From Epithemia pelagica (lineage: Eukaryota; Protista; Bacillariophyta), in assembly GCA_946965045.2 (NCBI GenBank), contig OX337235.1, forward strand, positions 1,302,001 through 1,366,000: 64,000 nt of DNA, written 5' to 3'. Made by a program: the position numbers and the translations under genes. The notes below the pieces were generated by a model, which saw nothing but the letters and a program-made list of their open reading frames with translations, did not search any database and was not told where the DNA came from. Position 1 is the stretch's first letter. Each line of letters opens with the position of its first letter. Positions 43,966 through 55,705 of the stretch are shown piece by piece.

Positions 43966-44268
43966 CCTGCCCCAGGAATTCGATCTCACCCTCAAATGTT
44001 GGTCTGACCATTGCATTGAAAATAGTTCTCTCTACATTTTTCAATTGATGAGAAGATCACAAACGCAGAGGCATCCTTCAGCTGTGAGCTCCTACTCCCC
44101 TAGGAGCTAGAGCTAGCCTCTCTTAACTATGATGCATAGTTTTTTCGCTTCGTATTTTCATCCCATATCCCATTGCACCCCATCAATCGAACAACGAGAA
44201 TCGAGAACTCATCGTTTCTATCTGAAGACTCTAGACAGAGAAGATACTCTACACCGGGCTCATCAACA

Positions 44269-44907
44269 ATGTCTTGCGGCCATGACCACGATCACGATCA
44301 TGAAGACGACAATGATCCAGGGCTAAGTTTGAGGCAGTATATTGACATCCAAGGGGTGACTTGTTTGAACGAAGAAGAAGCTGGGTCTGGTAGATCAGTG
44401 TTGAAGATGCACGATGAACGAATGACGGAGACTCCCTCTGTAATGTCACCCGAAGATGATCCCGAGCTTTTATTCTACATTCCATTTAAAGAGAGCGTCA
44501 CCATTCGTCACATCACCATCCACAACGCGAGTAAAAACACGGCCAATGCATCTCCGCGACGAGTCAAAATCTTTACAAACCGAGATGATATCGACTTTGA
44601 GACAGCACGAGAACTCCCGGCTCATCTCGAACTCGAACTTATGCCACCCGAACATTTTATTGAGGGAACCGTTGATTATCCTGCAAGACCACCGGCACCG
44701 TTTGTTAATATCAGCTCCATTGCACTATTTGTGATGGACAATTTTGATGATTCAGGAGAGGCTCCAACAGAGATCACCTTTCTTGGTTTCAAAGGGAAGG
44801 GGACCCATATGAAGCGAATACCGGTTGAGACGGTGTACGAATCTAGACCAATGCCAGAGGACCACAAAACTCCAGGTGCAGAGTTTGCTGCACGTGATCT
44901 AGTGTAA
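44269..44907 (+). CDS. PITHD1: PITH domain-containing protein, copy 2 (212 aa)
   Basis: Same motifs as copy 1 with a few substitutions. Confidence 0.9.
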   Translation: MSCGHDHDHDHEDDNDPGLSLRQYIDIQGVTCLNEEEAGSGRSVLKMHDERMTETPSVMSPEDDPELLFYIPFKESVTIRHITIHNASKNTANASPRRVKIFTNRDDIDFETARELPAHLELELMPPEHFIEGTVDYPARPPAPFVNISSIALFVMDNFDDSGEAPTEITFLGFKGKGTHMKRIPVETVYESRPMPEDHKTPGAEFAARDLV

Positions 44908-45157
44908 CCTGCCCCAGGAATTCGATCTCACCCTCCAATGTTGGTCTGACCATTGCATTGAAAATAGTTCCCTCTATTTTCAATTAATGAGAAGAGAGAA
45001 GATTACATTCGCATATCCGTAGAGGCATCAATCAGCTCGTCATGTGAGCTAGAGCAGTAGCTAGAACTAGCCTCTCTAGGCTATTGTACATACTCCTAGT
45101 TTTTCTTGTGGTCGTATCTTTTGTTGGATCCGAAATCTGGGAATCAGTGTTGTCACC

Positions 45158-45806
45158 ATGGTCTTGCGGTCCGTTCTTTCATCCGTCAAGCACGGCAGTA
45201 TCAAGATCAAACGAGGATTAGACGCAAAATCATGCGCTCGATTCATACATGTGGAGAAGCACCTTGAGGAGCTTGGTATCACTCTCCCTCCGGCTCCTGG
45301 ACCCAAAGCAAACTACAACATTGTTTGTCACGCGTCAGGGAATATCATGTATGTTTCAGGCCATTTGCCGGTCCGACCAGATGGGACTATGATGACGGGA
45401 CGTATTGGACCAGATGGGTCTTCTGAGGGACAATCATCAGAGCATGGTTACGAGGCAGCACGGCATGCTGGATTGAATATTGTCAGCACACTCAAAACTC
45501 AACTGGGAGATTTGGATCGGGTGAAGCAAGTTGTCAAGGTAAGTCACCAATATATGGATCGTATCTTCCTAGCACACTCGTATTTTGACACCCCATTGAT
45601 GCATTCTGTAGGTTTTTGGCATCGTCCAATCCACGGATGATTTCAAGGAGCAACATCGTGTGATGGATGGTTGTTCTGATTTGATGATGGAGGTGTTTGG
45701 TAAACCTGTTGGATACCATGCTAGATCTGCAATTGGAACAAGCACACTTCCACTTGATATCTCGGTGGAAGTGGAGGCAATCGTTGAGCTCCACGAGAAA
45801 CCTTAG
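45158..45806 (+). CDS. RidA/YjgF/YER057c/UK114 family protein, likely mitochondrial; intron 45539-45611
   Basis: LGITLPPAP...ANY, YVSGHLP, DLDRVKQVVK|VFGIV, HARSAIG...LPLDISVEVEAIVE. Confidence 0.9.
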
Positions 45807-46265
45807 TCGGTGATCGTATCTCATCTGTTCAAATGGTTATAGATAACCCCCAAAAGACCCCCTTCAAAGATACAACAAGCTACTTCATCGTGGAAGCTAG
45901 AAGACTTAAGTAATGACTTTATTTAGACTGTCTATGCGAGATCCAAACAAGTATGAAAGAATCAACCTGTTAAAGACGTATTGAGGTGGAGGCAAAAGTC
46001 CTTGTTTCGGGCAGTCCACATTTCCGATGAAGACAAGATATGAAAAAGAGGTAATGTAAAAAGGGAACAGAAATGCATAATGCTGCGTTTCGTTGTGGTA
46101 GCATGTGGAAGACTTCAGACATACGCGATACAAAATTTCAGGACACTCAAAGATGAAGACCCGAATGAACTTCGTGACTGTGTATCGCAAAATGTACGAG
46201 GGTACAAAGGATCATTGGTTCTGTTCTTTGGCCGATTTCTCTTTTCCATACTTTTTGGGATGTAT

Positions 46266-46691
46266 CTACGATTTGCTACTGGGTGAGGTCATGCGACGCT
46301 GGAGCTGAGCGCTGTTCAAGCTACCGTTTTTGCGAGCAGCGCGGAAGGATGCAACTTCGGGGCCACTCAATCCTTTGAAAGCAATGGCATGGTTGGACCT
46401 GTCAGAATTGCGTCGCTTCAATTCCATGGTCACATCCTCAAAGCGCTCGCACTCTGTAGGCAAAGGATGGGCGGGACATACTTTAGAAATGAGATCAAAG
46501 CACGTCCTCCTTGAATTGGGGCTCGGGGGGCTTGCCATATTCTCCTCTGTCAAACAAAGATGTGAGATATGATCTGGAATTCGTCCAACGGACGACCCTG
46601 TCCGTCACAGCTTTCAAGGCAACTTACGCATCATGTCAGGCTCATTCTGCACACTTAGGCGTCGTGCGAGATTGTAGGCATTCGTACTCAT
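46266..46691 (-). CDS. Small hypothetical protein (114 aa); intron 46547-46627
   Basis: GTAAGT...GACAG intron joins MSTNAYNLARRLSVQNEPDMM in frame to ENMASPPSPNSRRTCFDL... Confidence 0.4.
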
Positions 46692-47345
46692 TGTGGGTTG
46701 CTTTTGACAATTTCGAATGTGATGGTTTCAAACTATCCAATGAACAATTTTGTGTTCCGAATCCAGAAGTTGTCTCAATGATTCTCCTAACAAACTGCCG
46801 TAGGATTTGTACTTGAGCCTCCTCGTACAAAAAGATAGATCTTAACGTTTAAGATCACTCTTTGTTTTCTCTGGAATGTGATAGTGATCAATCACACGAT
46901 GTCAATATGGATTCAGTATCTTTTCTACTGGGTAGCACAGTTCTCACAATTCAATTCAATACGAATACTGCTACCAGATGATAGAGATGATGCTTCTCGG
47001 TTAAATTCTAAATTTGACATGGCGTTCCATTCATCAATTCTTCGGAACATAGAAAATAGTGTCGATAGAATACAAACTCTAGGTCGTAAATTTTGATTTA
47101 AAACCTACAGAGTCTAGAATGATTTTTCTGATAATAAACATAACTCTTTTGGGACGGCGACCTCTACTTTTGACCATATGGTCGGTCATTTCACATTTTT
47201 AGTGACCCATTTCGCCACTTAACAAAATGGACAAAAAATCTCTTGGGGATTCCAAACCACGTAAGAATAATCTACAGGGAATATTGTTACAGGACTCGAA
47301 TTCATAACTGTGCTTCATTAGTGTCGTCCTTACGACCTTTGCACC

Positions 47346-48089
47346 ATGGACTCTCCTTCCAAACACTCGAAACGGTACAAGCCAAGTACTCCAACATCTG
47401 AATCACAGACGATTTACATAGACGAAGAGGATCCCGCTACCTACAAGCATGTTTGCAAAGCATCGTCGTCCCCTCTCTTCCTAAGTCCGTTGGGTGGTGA
47501 ATTGTTACAACAAGCACAACAAGAGAACAAGAAAATTGATCTTCAAGCAATCAACCAGCAGATCATCGATTCCGACGTGAAGGCAATGATCAAGAAAGAT
47601 GAAGACAAGGAACGGACCAAAGGAGTTGACACCGAAACTGAAGGAGACAAAGAAGACAAGGAGGACAAAGCCGAAGACTCCAAACCAGCAGCAGTTGTCT
47701 CTTCTTTTATACAAAACAACAACGACCTTCTTTGCGACCAATGTGGACTTTCCCCCTGTGATGGCGTGACTTATGAAATTGCCCTTCAAACCGCAGGTCT
47801 TGAAGCCCATAAACGAAACAACGGACACAATCGCGCCACACGGCATCACCTCTACAAGTTCTATATCGCGTCCAAGTATGGATCATTGGGTCGTTGGAAC
47901 CGAGTTCGGATTCCACAGTGTATTGAGCTAATGATTCACAAAATGTACCCCGATCCAAATGGCGACTACGTTGGATTCCGTAATTCCGGTGCTCCATTCG
48001 ACGCCGATTCGTCCCTCAAAGAAGGTGATACCAACCACGAAGATAGTGATGACAATTCGGCCTCCTCTACAGATGACAGCGTAGAATAA
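47346..48089 (+). CDS. Transposon accessory protein (247 aa) with P2X7-ballast-like Cys/His domain
   Basis: CDQCGLSPC...RHHLYKFYIASKYGSLGRWNRVRIPQCIELMIHKMYPDPNGDYVGFR. Confidence 0.75.
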   Translation: MDSPSKHSKRYKPSTPTSESQTIYIDEEDPATYKHVCKASSSPLFLSPLGGELLQQAQQENKKIDLQAINQQIIDSDVKAMIKKDEDKERTKGVDTETEGDKEDKEDKAEDSKPAAVVSSFIQNNNDLLCDQCGLSPCDGVTYEIALQTAGLEAHKRNNGHNRATRHHLYKFYIASKYGSLGRWNRVRIPQCIELMIHKMYPDPNGDYVGFRNSGAPFDADSSLKEGDTNHEDSDDNSASSTDDSVE

Positions 48090-48156
48090 ACCTCATTACT
48101 AAATTATTGAATTTCTCATCGTGTACCTAGTTTTCTATGAATCAAATCTCTCTCTC

Positions 48157-50664
48157 TTATTCTCCAAATTTTCGAATGTCTTCTTCTTTCGCACAAATTC
48201 CCTTCTTGCCTTGTTGAATCTCGTACTCTTCCACATCTTCCTTTGTTGGTGTATCTTCGCCTTCCATGTTGTATTCGAGAACATGGGGATTCGCGGTCCA
48301 GAAACCCTCCAACAGATCGCGAATCTCTTTACAACGATCATTGCAAAAGGCCACCTTCCAACTGTTGTGATAGAGTGAAAAACACTCGGGATGGAAGCAC
48401 CGTTGACATTGCACACATCCATAGCTCGTGACTGGATGTGTGCCGCCAGTGCCAATGATGCTACACAAGTAGCATGTGCTTCTGTGTCGGCGTCCATGAT
48501 TGACTGGGTTGGGTTGAAGAATGTGATGAGACAAATTGGTCTCAAAACGGAGTGGCTGGACAGTCTTTTCTGTTTCCGTCGAAGCTTCGGAGGCTTTGGT
48601 TACCTCGCTTGCACCACCAGGAGTATCCGCTTCCAGGTCAACTTCAAAACGGGCACTCTTCCTTGTCGAAGACGTAGAACGTCTTAGTTTTCTTCCTCGG
48701 ACCGGCGGTGTCTTGTATCGTGCTGGGGGACGAGGTGGCAACTTGGCTTGAACGTTCTCAGCCGACGCAACCTGTGGACCGGCTTTGCTATTTGTTTTCT
48801 TCGTGGCATTGTAGGTTTCTGCATACGGCATGCACAATGCCACACAGACCTTCCTCTTGAACTCCCTCAAAGGCATCTCTTTGGCCATTCGAATTTCTTC
48901 TTCTTCTGTGCCTTGCTTTTTAGCGTCGATCAATTGTGAATTGCGAAGTTTCAGGTACACTTGGAACGCATTCAGAATACAGAGATCCACGACAAAATGC
49001 CAGATCGTCATATGGAGATGTTTCTCCTTGCGTCGACAAGCATTCGTCGATCGCATCTGGTCCGCCCGATCAACCCCGTTCATGAACAAATTGTATGCCA
49101 CCACAGGGGCTGGGACCTTGAATGATTGCTTGGCGTGATACGAATCCCCCGTCCACCGAAACAACGTGGCAAGACCATGTACACATCTTACGGCATGCTC
49201 GTCACTCTTGTCACCGAACAAAGTCTGGGGAGTATCCGCCAGATCATTCGTATAGAAAACGACGGGCTTTTTATCATGAAAGACAATGAAACCGCATCGT
49301 TTCGCAACAATACAGTATTCATTGGCGACCTCGAGTATATCGGACTCGTTGAAGCCGACTTTCGCTCTTGGTAACGACTTAGAATAACCGTCCTTTTTTT
49401 CTTTCTCTTTTTGTATTTTACTGTCCGGATGAATCACGGCCGTGTAGACCTGGACCAAAATCCAGGAACCACGAGGAAGTTTTTCTAAATCTTTCGTTGC
49501 CTGGATCACAGATGGTTTGTTCACCTTGTCAACAAGGTTCATCTTGACGGTACCGGTCACTTTCATGGAATTGTCTGTGAAATCCGAACAAGCCCGGGCT
49601 AATGCGTGTCGTGTATAGTAATTGTCCATATACACGACAGTATGGACTTGGGAATCGTTGCTGCGGCGATGAGAAGCAGCTCCTGCTATCGACCTGTATA
49701 GCAATCCAATCATCAGCACCCAAAGCATTGATGCGCTGTCAAATGCCACTGGACAAGCGTTGCGCATCCGACTTTTGCACGCTTGTGAAAACTGATTGAA
49801 GGAGGACCAAAGTTCACCGAAGACCTTCATAAAGCGTTCGGCAGGCGTTTGGTTGAGTCCATTACCGGTGCCATTATCCCACAAGGCGAACGTATAAACG
49901 CTCTTCCAACCAACAAGAGCGTAAAAACGGATGGCAAATTTATCCGGTTTAGACGGAAGGTAGGACGACGCTTTGGTCCTTGCTTTGGTCGGACAACTCG
50001 CCTCGTCAAGCGCAACGGGCCCAACAACATACCCAACAGAAGCGAAATTTCGGAGAACGTGTCCAAGAAGCGGTCGGACTTGCCACAGCGGGTCTTCCAT
50101 GTTGCGACATGTCGATGTCGAATACACCTTCAACGAACCACGGACGGTAGTGAAGGTGTCTCTGGCCATAGAATTCGAGAATGACAAAGAGCCGAGAAAC
50201 ATTTTAGAGCTCCACAGTTCCTTGATGGAGGTACTGTTGCAAAGAGATAATGCGATATCTAATCCAATGACACACCGAAAAAGCTTGGGTGTAAGGACAA
50301 TCTTCTTGCCAGAGTTGCCATCCTTGGAGGCCAATTCTTCTTGTGTGGCCTTGAGCATGAAGCGATCAATGAATCCTCGCGGGATGAACTGGAAGAATAG
50401 TCCAAGTGGGCCGTCGTCTTTGTAAGCCTGAGCACAAGCCACCGGGTTGAATAGAACCAGGTCCGACGCAGCCATCTGTTCATCAATGTACTTGTTTTCC
50501 GATCTCCAAGCACTGATTTGTTCTTCTGTGGGAGTATGAGCAGAAATCAAAGGGACAGAGGTTTCTTCGTTATCTTCGTCATCATCAGAGTCAGGCTGTC
50601 GAAAGTCAAGTTCCCTCGCAGCCGTAGGAGGCTTGTCGGTGTCTTGTGTTGACCGATCTGCCAT
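48157..50664 (-). CDS. piggyBac-family DDD transposase (835 aa), intact
   Basis: ALDEA...YLPSKPDKFAIRFY, YMDNYYT, YNLFMNGVDRADQMR, C-terminal Cys-rich CYLC...CVQCQRCFHPEC. Confidence 0.93.
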   Translation of the reverse strand: MADRSTQDTDKPPTAARELDFRQPDSDDDEDNEETSVPLISAHTPTEEQISAWRSENKYIDEQMAASDLVLFNPVACAQAYKDDGPLGLFFQFIPRGFIDRFMLKATQEELASKDGNSGKKIVLTPKLFRCVIGLDIALSLCNSTSIKELWSSKMFLGSLSFSNSMARDTFTTVRGSLKVYSTSTCRNMEDPLWQVRPLLGHVLRNFASVGYVVGPVALDEASCPTKARTKASSYLPSKPDKFAIRFYALVGWKSVYTFALWDNGTGNGLNQTPAERFMKVFGELWSSFNQFSQACKSRMRNACPVAFDSASMLWVLMIGLLYRSIAGAASHRRSNDSQVHTVVYMDNYYTRHALARACSDFTDNSMKVTGTVKMNLVDKVNKPSVIQATKDLEKLPRGSWILVQVYTAVIHPDSKIQKEKEKKDGYSKSLPRAKVGFNESDILEVANEYCIVAKRCGFIVFHDKKPVVFYTNDLADTPQTLFGDKSDEHAVRCVHGLATLFRWTGDSYHAKQSFKVPAPVVAYNLFMNGVDRADQMRSTNACRRKEKHLHMTIWHFVVDLCILNAFQVYLKLRNSQLIDAKKQGTEEEEIRMAKEMPLREFKRKVCVALCMPYAETYNATKKTNSKAGPQVASAENVQAKLPPRPPARYKTPPVRGRKLRRSTSSTRKSARFEVDLEADTPGGASEVTKASEASTETEKTVQPLRFETNLSHHILQPNPVNHGRRHRSTCYLCSIIGTGGTHPVTSYGCVQCQRCFHPECFSLYHNSWKVAFCNDRCKEIRDLLEGFWTANPHVLEYNMEGEDTPTKEDVEEYEIQQGKKGICAKEEDIRKFGE

Positions 50665-51420
50665 GGTGAAGGTCGTAGACGAAGGAGGTGCAACAAAAAT
50701 GAGGGTACGAAATACTCCCAAAACTGCTCGTACGCAAGAACTACCGGTCGGAATTCGGCATTTGGACCGGCTACTGAAAGCTTGTAACAAATGGAAGAGT
50801 ATGTATGAAGGAGTAATGACCAAATGGTTTGGTTGTTGAGTTACATTAACGACAAAGTCTCGATTTTCGGAATTGTCCTTATGGTCAATGGTTTTTGAAT
50901 CACGAGTTGGGAGTCATCGCTTACGTGGAGAATCCTATAAGTGATCGGTGATTTTGTTAAGTAAAAATTTTAACCAAATGGTCAATGACCGGAGTAAAAA
51001 ATTTGCCGTCCCAAAAGAGATAAGTTTCCAGTCTATCAGCATAGACAAAATATTAAATCTCCAGCGCACGTCCTGAAAGTGAAAGATCCAGAAAAACCTC
51101 GCAAGAGTCAAGACTTCGAAAGAATATAACGGAACGGATTCATTGCTTTTCGCCCCTATCAACGTCATCTGTTTCTTGTTGGCGTGTCTTCGATCCGGAA
51201 TAACAAAACTATGTCGTCTACCATTGTAGAAATGATGTTATTAAGGTCAAAGAGGACTCCTTACGATTTTTTGGAGAGGGTGTAACAATCCCGTTGTCCC
51301 TGTTGTAGTTTGAGCAAAACTCAACAGCGATCCGTTTCGATAGGAAACTGAAACTCGAGCTTTAAGTGAATGTGCTTCGAGATCGGTAGAGCGCTGGATT
51401 TGCAGTGTTCAATTAATAGT

Positions 51421-54400
51421 TCATCGTAGACTTGTTTGCCTACTCGAAGAAACAAGTTCTGGGACGATATCCAAGGTTGCATCTTCTTGGATTCCGTCCA
51501 GTATACGACGTGCATCTTGCAACCTCTTACTGGTGGTGACAGGAATGACCTCTCGACTCATAGTAGTTTCTGCTTCGTCGACTTTCTCATCGGTTTTCGA
51601 CTCCGGGGTAGGAGTTGGATCTTCTTCTCTGTAAGGCAAGACCCTAGAGTCCCGTTCACCTCTTTCAAGTTGTTCCGCAATGAGCTCGAACGATCGCCGC
51701 AAAAACCGGTTACTCGTTTGGACCACGCCATTCCGTCGTTGCCAAAACTTTCGAACCAAAATCGTAGTTAGGGCGAACGCTTCCTCTCTCGACAGGGTAC
51801 TCAAATTCAGCATGGGATTGTTGGAAGAATCTGCTTGCCTTTGCATGAGATCAACAATCTTTAGCGTAGTCTCCACAGTACGCTGATCAAGTTCGTTCGG
51901 CCGTACAAGAGGGCTAGTTCGGAAAAGACCCAAAGGGTCGACGAGAAAACCTAGCACTGTCCGTCCAGACGGCAACACACCTGACCTTTCGCGAAGCTGA
52001 GACAGAAGGGATCGACCAGACGAGGCGACAATTTTGGCCAACTGATCAACAATGATCTCTTGCAAAGGAGATTCTTCCTCAGTGAACACAAGGTCAAGAA
52101 TCTGCTCTGCCGATTCCTCCAACATTTCTACTCGACTAACATTTTGTCTGCCAATCATTGCTCCCGACGCAGAAGTAGTGTAGTCTCCAAAGCCTTCAAC
52201 CAGCTGCTCCACTCTGTCATAGTCCACAATTCGATCAACGCTGTTCTTGTCTGGACCAAAAATGAACGTCGAAAGAGCGGGTCCACATTTTTCTTTGTCT
52301 GTTAGCAGACGTTTGGACACGTAGGGGAGACACTCCATCACAATCGAGTACTTTGCGTCGTTGGAAAGACCGATGCCTTCCAGAACACTGAATGACTTTG
52401 CAATGTATGCAAAGTAAGGAGGGATCTGGAATAGGTTGCCCTTCTCGGCTGTCAAGTCTTGCAATTTTACAATCACGTCGTTTACATTGAATGCGGCGGC
52501 ACCACCGCCACCGGTCCAGGTTCCATAAATCTCAGCCAACACTTCCACAACACCACTATCGGCAATCAAATCCTTTTTATCTTCCGGAATAAAGCCAAGA
52601 AGAAGCAAGTCTTTGGGAATTTCTGCATAGTCTGCAGACGTCAAATGTGCCATGTGTTCAATCAGCTTGAGTTGAATGTCATTTTCAAGTTTGGTTACCA
52701 TTCCCCAATCCAAAATACAGAGTCGGCCATCAGGTGTTCGAAGTACTGAGGAAGCAAAGCATTCAATGTAAGCAATTTTGAACCCAAGTGACTCAAGACA
52801 CTATGATACTTACGATTTCCAGGGTGGGGATCGCAGTGTAGCAGTCCCAATTCCAGCATCATTGTCAGATACGTGTTCATTGCAATGCTACATAAGATGG
52901 TAACGTCCTTGGCAGAACTTTCATCCAAGCGTTGTCCATCAATCCACTCAGTGACAAGGACCTGTGGGGTGGTTAGAGACTGCACCACGTTGGGGGCCAG
53001 AACTACATCCGCAAGAGGTGTTTTCTTGATTTGCTCTGAGAAAAACTCTGCGTTGGATGCTTCCTGTATGTAGTCCAGCTCATCCACGAAACCAGATCCC
53101 CAGGCATCCACAGTACCAACCGTGTCCGAATTCAAGTTGAACGTCCGTTTCACCACCGGTGCCACTTCACGTAAAAGATGCATATCGAGAGCAATTTGTT
53201 CCATAATATCCGGTCGTTGTACTTTGATTGCCACCACTTGACCAGATTCTTTGAGTTTTGCTTTGTACACTTGACCAAGCGAAGCCGCAGCAATAGGTTT
53301 GGGTGGCAAATCTTCCACAATAGCAGTTACTGGTCGACCCCTGTACAAACATGATGATATACATCAGAACGGTTCTCATGAACGACAAATGAACTTTAGG
53401 CCATAACACACTTACCATTCGGCTTCCATAATCTGCTTCGCCGTGGTGGTATCAAACTCCGGTACTTGGTCTTGCAAGGTTGCCAAACCACGTTGGTAGG
53501 CTGGAGATAACAAATCCGTACGAATCGACAAAGACTGGCCTACTTTGATGAATGTAGGTCCCAATTTGGTCAACAGCGTGGCAAGTTGGCGACCGCGCAA
53601 GTCTTCATTCTCGGCCAGTTTGTTGCTAAAAGGGGGGAAAATATTTCAAAACAGCATAAGTGAGACACTGTCATCCCTTTTTAAAGAACAGTCGAGGCTG
53701 TAGGTGCATTGTGTACGTACTTGAGTTTGTCCTTTAACAAGTCAAAGCCAAATTGTAACGATTGGGCCAGAATTTGAAGGCCACGCGCCAGTACCATGGG
53801 CAATCGCTCGTCAAAGTAGGCACGAGCGGCAATCGGATCGTATTTCTTGAGGGGGTATGGTTGACTGGGTGGCGGAGGTTGACCCCACGTCAACAAGGCA
53901 TTAATGCACAAGTACGACAAGGCCGCCGATACCAAAATGGCTGTGGTGGGGCTGAGCGACAAGGGCTCCAACAACAAGGACACTTTTTGAAACACAAGCT
54001 TGAGCGTCGTGGCCGAGCCCGATGACAGTGCGTCTGGACCAAGGATGGTGCTTTCAAGCTGAGAGGCAGCACCACTGATCTGACAGAGAATTTCAGTGTC
54101 CAAGGCGTCCACCTGACGGCGAATATTTTCAATCGATGACAGTATGTCAAACTTGTGGAGCACCTGGTCCAAATTCCGTACCAAGTCTGGAACGAAATTG
54201 AGCTCACCCAGCTTTAAGTTTTCGAGACTCGGCAATGGAACGGAATCGAGGAGAGAGCGCATCAAGTCCGCCAACGGATTGCTTTCTTCAACGGTGGGTG
54301 TGATGGGTGGCGGCGGAGGTGGTGGTGGAGGGAGGCTGGACCGCGCATAAATGGCACTGCTGGTGGTTGAACCAGACCGCGACAAACGCTGCTGCGGTAA

Positions 54401-54505
54401 TGGCATCACAAACGCCACAGCAGTATTACCATCCTGTTGATCCAGGAGAAGGATTGTCGAACCGAGGACCGCAACAAGCGATACGAATTGCCGGATGAAC
54501 TTCAT
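51421..54505 (-). CDS. ABC1/UbiB atypical kinase (ABC1K), plastid-targeted (948 aa); introns 53626-53720, 53341-53415, 52746-52813
   Basis: [48 protein letters not shown]|LL...ILDWGM; signal plus AVAF motif; all introns frame-consistent. Confidence 0.93.
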
Positions 54506-55705
54506 GGTTCAGCTGTCGAATGCACCGAGTCGAGATATCCAAACCCAGGAGATTTTCCAGAATGGTTGCGGTACCGTCCAACTATTCCTTGAAAGAAACA
54601 CACAAGATGGGAGCTGGGAATGACTTGGTGGTTGCCATGTGCTGGTACCGTTGTCGAAAGACTCTGGTGGAGACGAATGTTGCATTCGGCAACTGTTATA
54701 TTGCACATCTGACGTGTCCATAGATAAAGATGAGTCTGATCTGATGGGTAGACAGAAGGGCGAAAGAAAAAGTGCGCACGAAGCGAGATAAATCTCCTCT
54801 CTGGCTAGCTATCCAGTTACTTTAGCTAGCTATAGTAGAGGATGCAATCGTTGCTTCATTCTAGTCTTTCAGTCAGATTTTCGTGCAACATAATTCGACC
54901 ATGACGGACAGAACCGGTGAAGAATTTTGTTTTGTCATTCTAGAGTGCGTTCTCCATCACTTGCCGTACGCAAGGGAAAAACACAGATGGTGGCCTTGGG
55001 AACTCAGATGATTCAACGACAACAACAAACATTATACAAACAGCATGATCCTCAAGATACTCAAGTGGAGGACGAGGACAAAGTGCCGCGATCATGTGGA
55101 CACTTTTTCCATTACCTTCGCGAACAAGGTCCGCCCCGGATGATGCGCTTTGGACTCCTCCTGAACTTCCCAAGGACAGGAAGCGGCGCTCGATCACGAG
55201 ACAGTAGGCGCAAGCGCAAAAAATGGGAGATGCGGCGGTTCCATTGAATCCATATGACAAATCATCCTAGGTACTAGTTCGTCCTTCCGTACAAACAACG
55301 AGTCTCTGTTGGACAAGAGAAACTCCCATCATTGACTCGAAAAAACAAATCTTAAATTCAGTCGCGCGGATGACGCTTTTATCACAGTCGCGTAGGCAGA
55401 TTCGTCACGAATGCGACTGCGATCCGGGCGACACGTGTACACCCGGTCGAAGGTTGTACTCCCCCTCTTTCGACGTATGACAAGGAATCAAGTGACGTGT
55501 CCCTCACATTTTTTCCTCACACACGCTTTTTTGCGCGAACGTTCTCTCTCGAGTTGCCACCGTCGTCGACAAACGATTCTTCGATTCTTCGATATCATCG
55601 GCCTTCCCATTCGTCTCTCTACTACGGGTGATCTAGGTAGGCAAACACGCTGTAAGAGTGTTTGTTGAAGAGCAAAAGCAGAGGAACAACAAAACTACAG
55701 TGACC

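Larger units (their letters stand above)
43220..45080 (+). repeat. Tandem gene duplication, ~0.94-kb unit x2
   Basis: CDS and 3' flank near-identical; 5' flanks more diverged. Confidence 0.9.
47144..51019 (-). mobile_element. Complete 3876-bp piggyBac-like DNA transposon with two convergent ORFs
   Basis: 15-bp TIR CTCTTTTGGGACGGC (47144-47158 / 51005-51019); 4-bp TSD ATAA (47140-47143 / 51020-51023); shared subterminal inverted motifs ACTTAACAAAAT and GGTCATT/TGACCAT. Confidence 0.93.
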
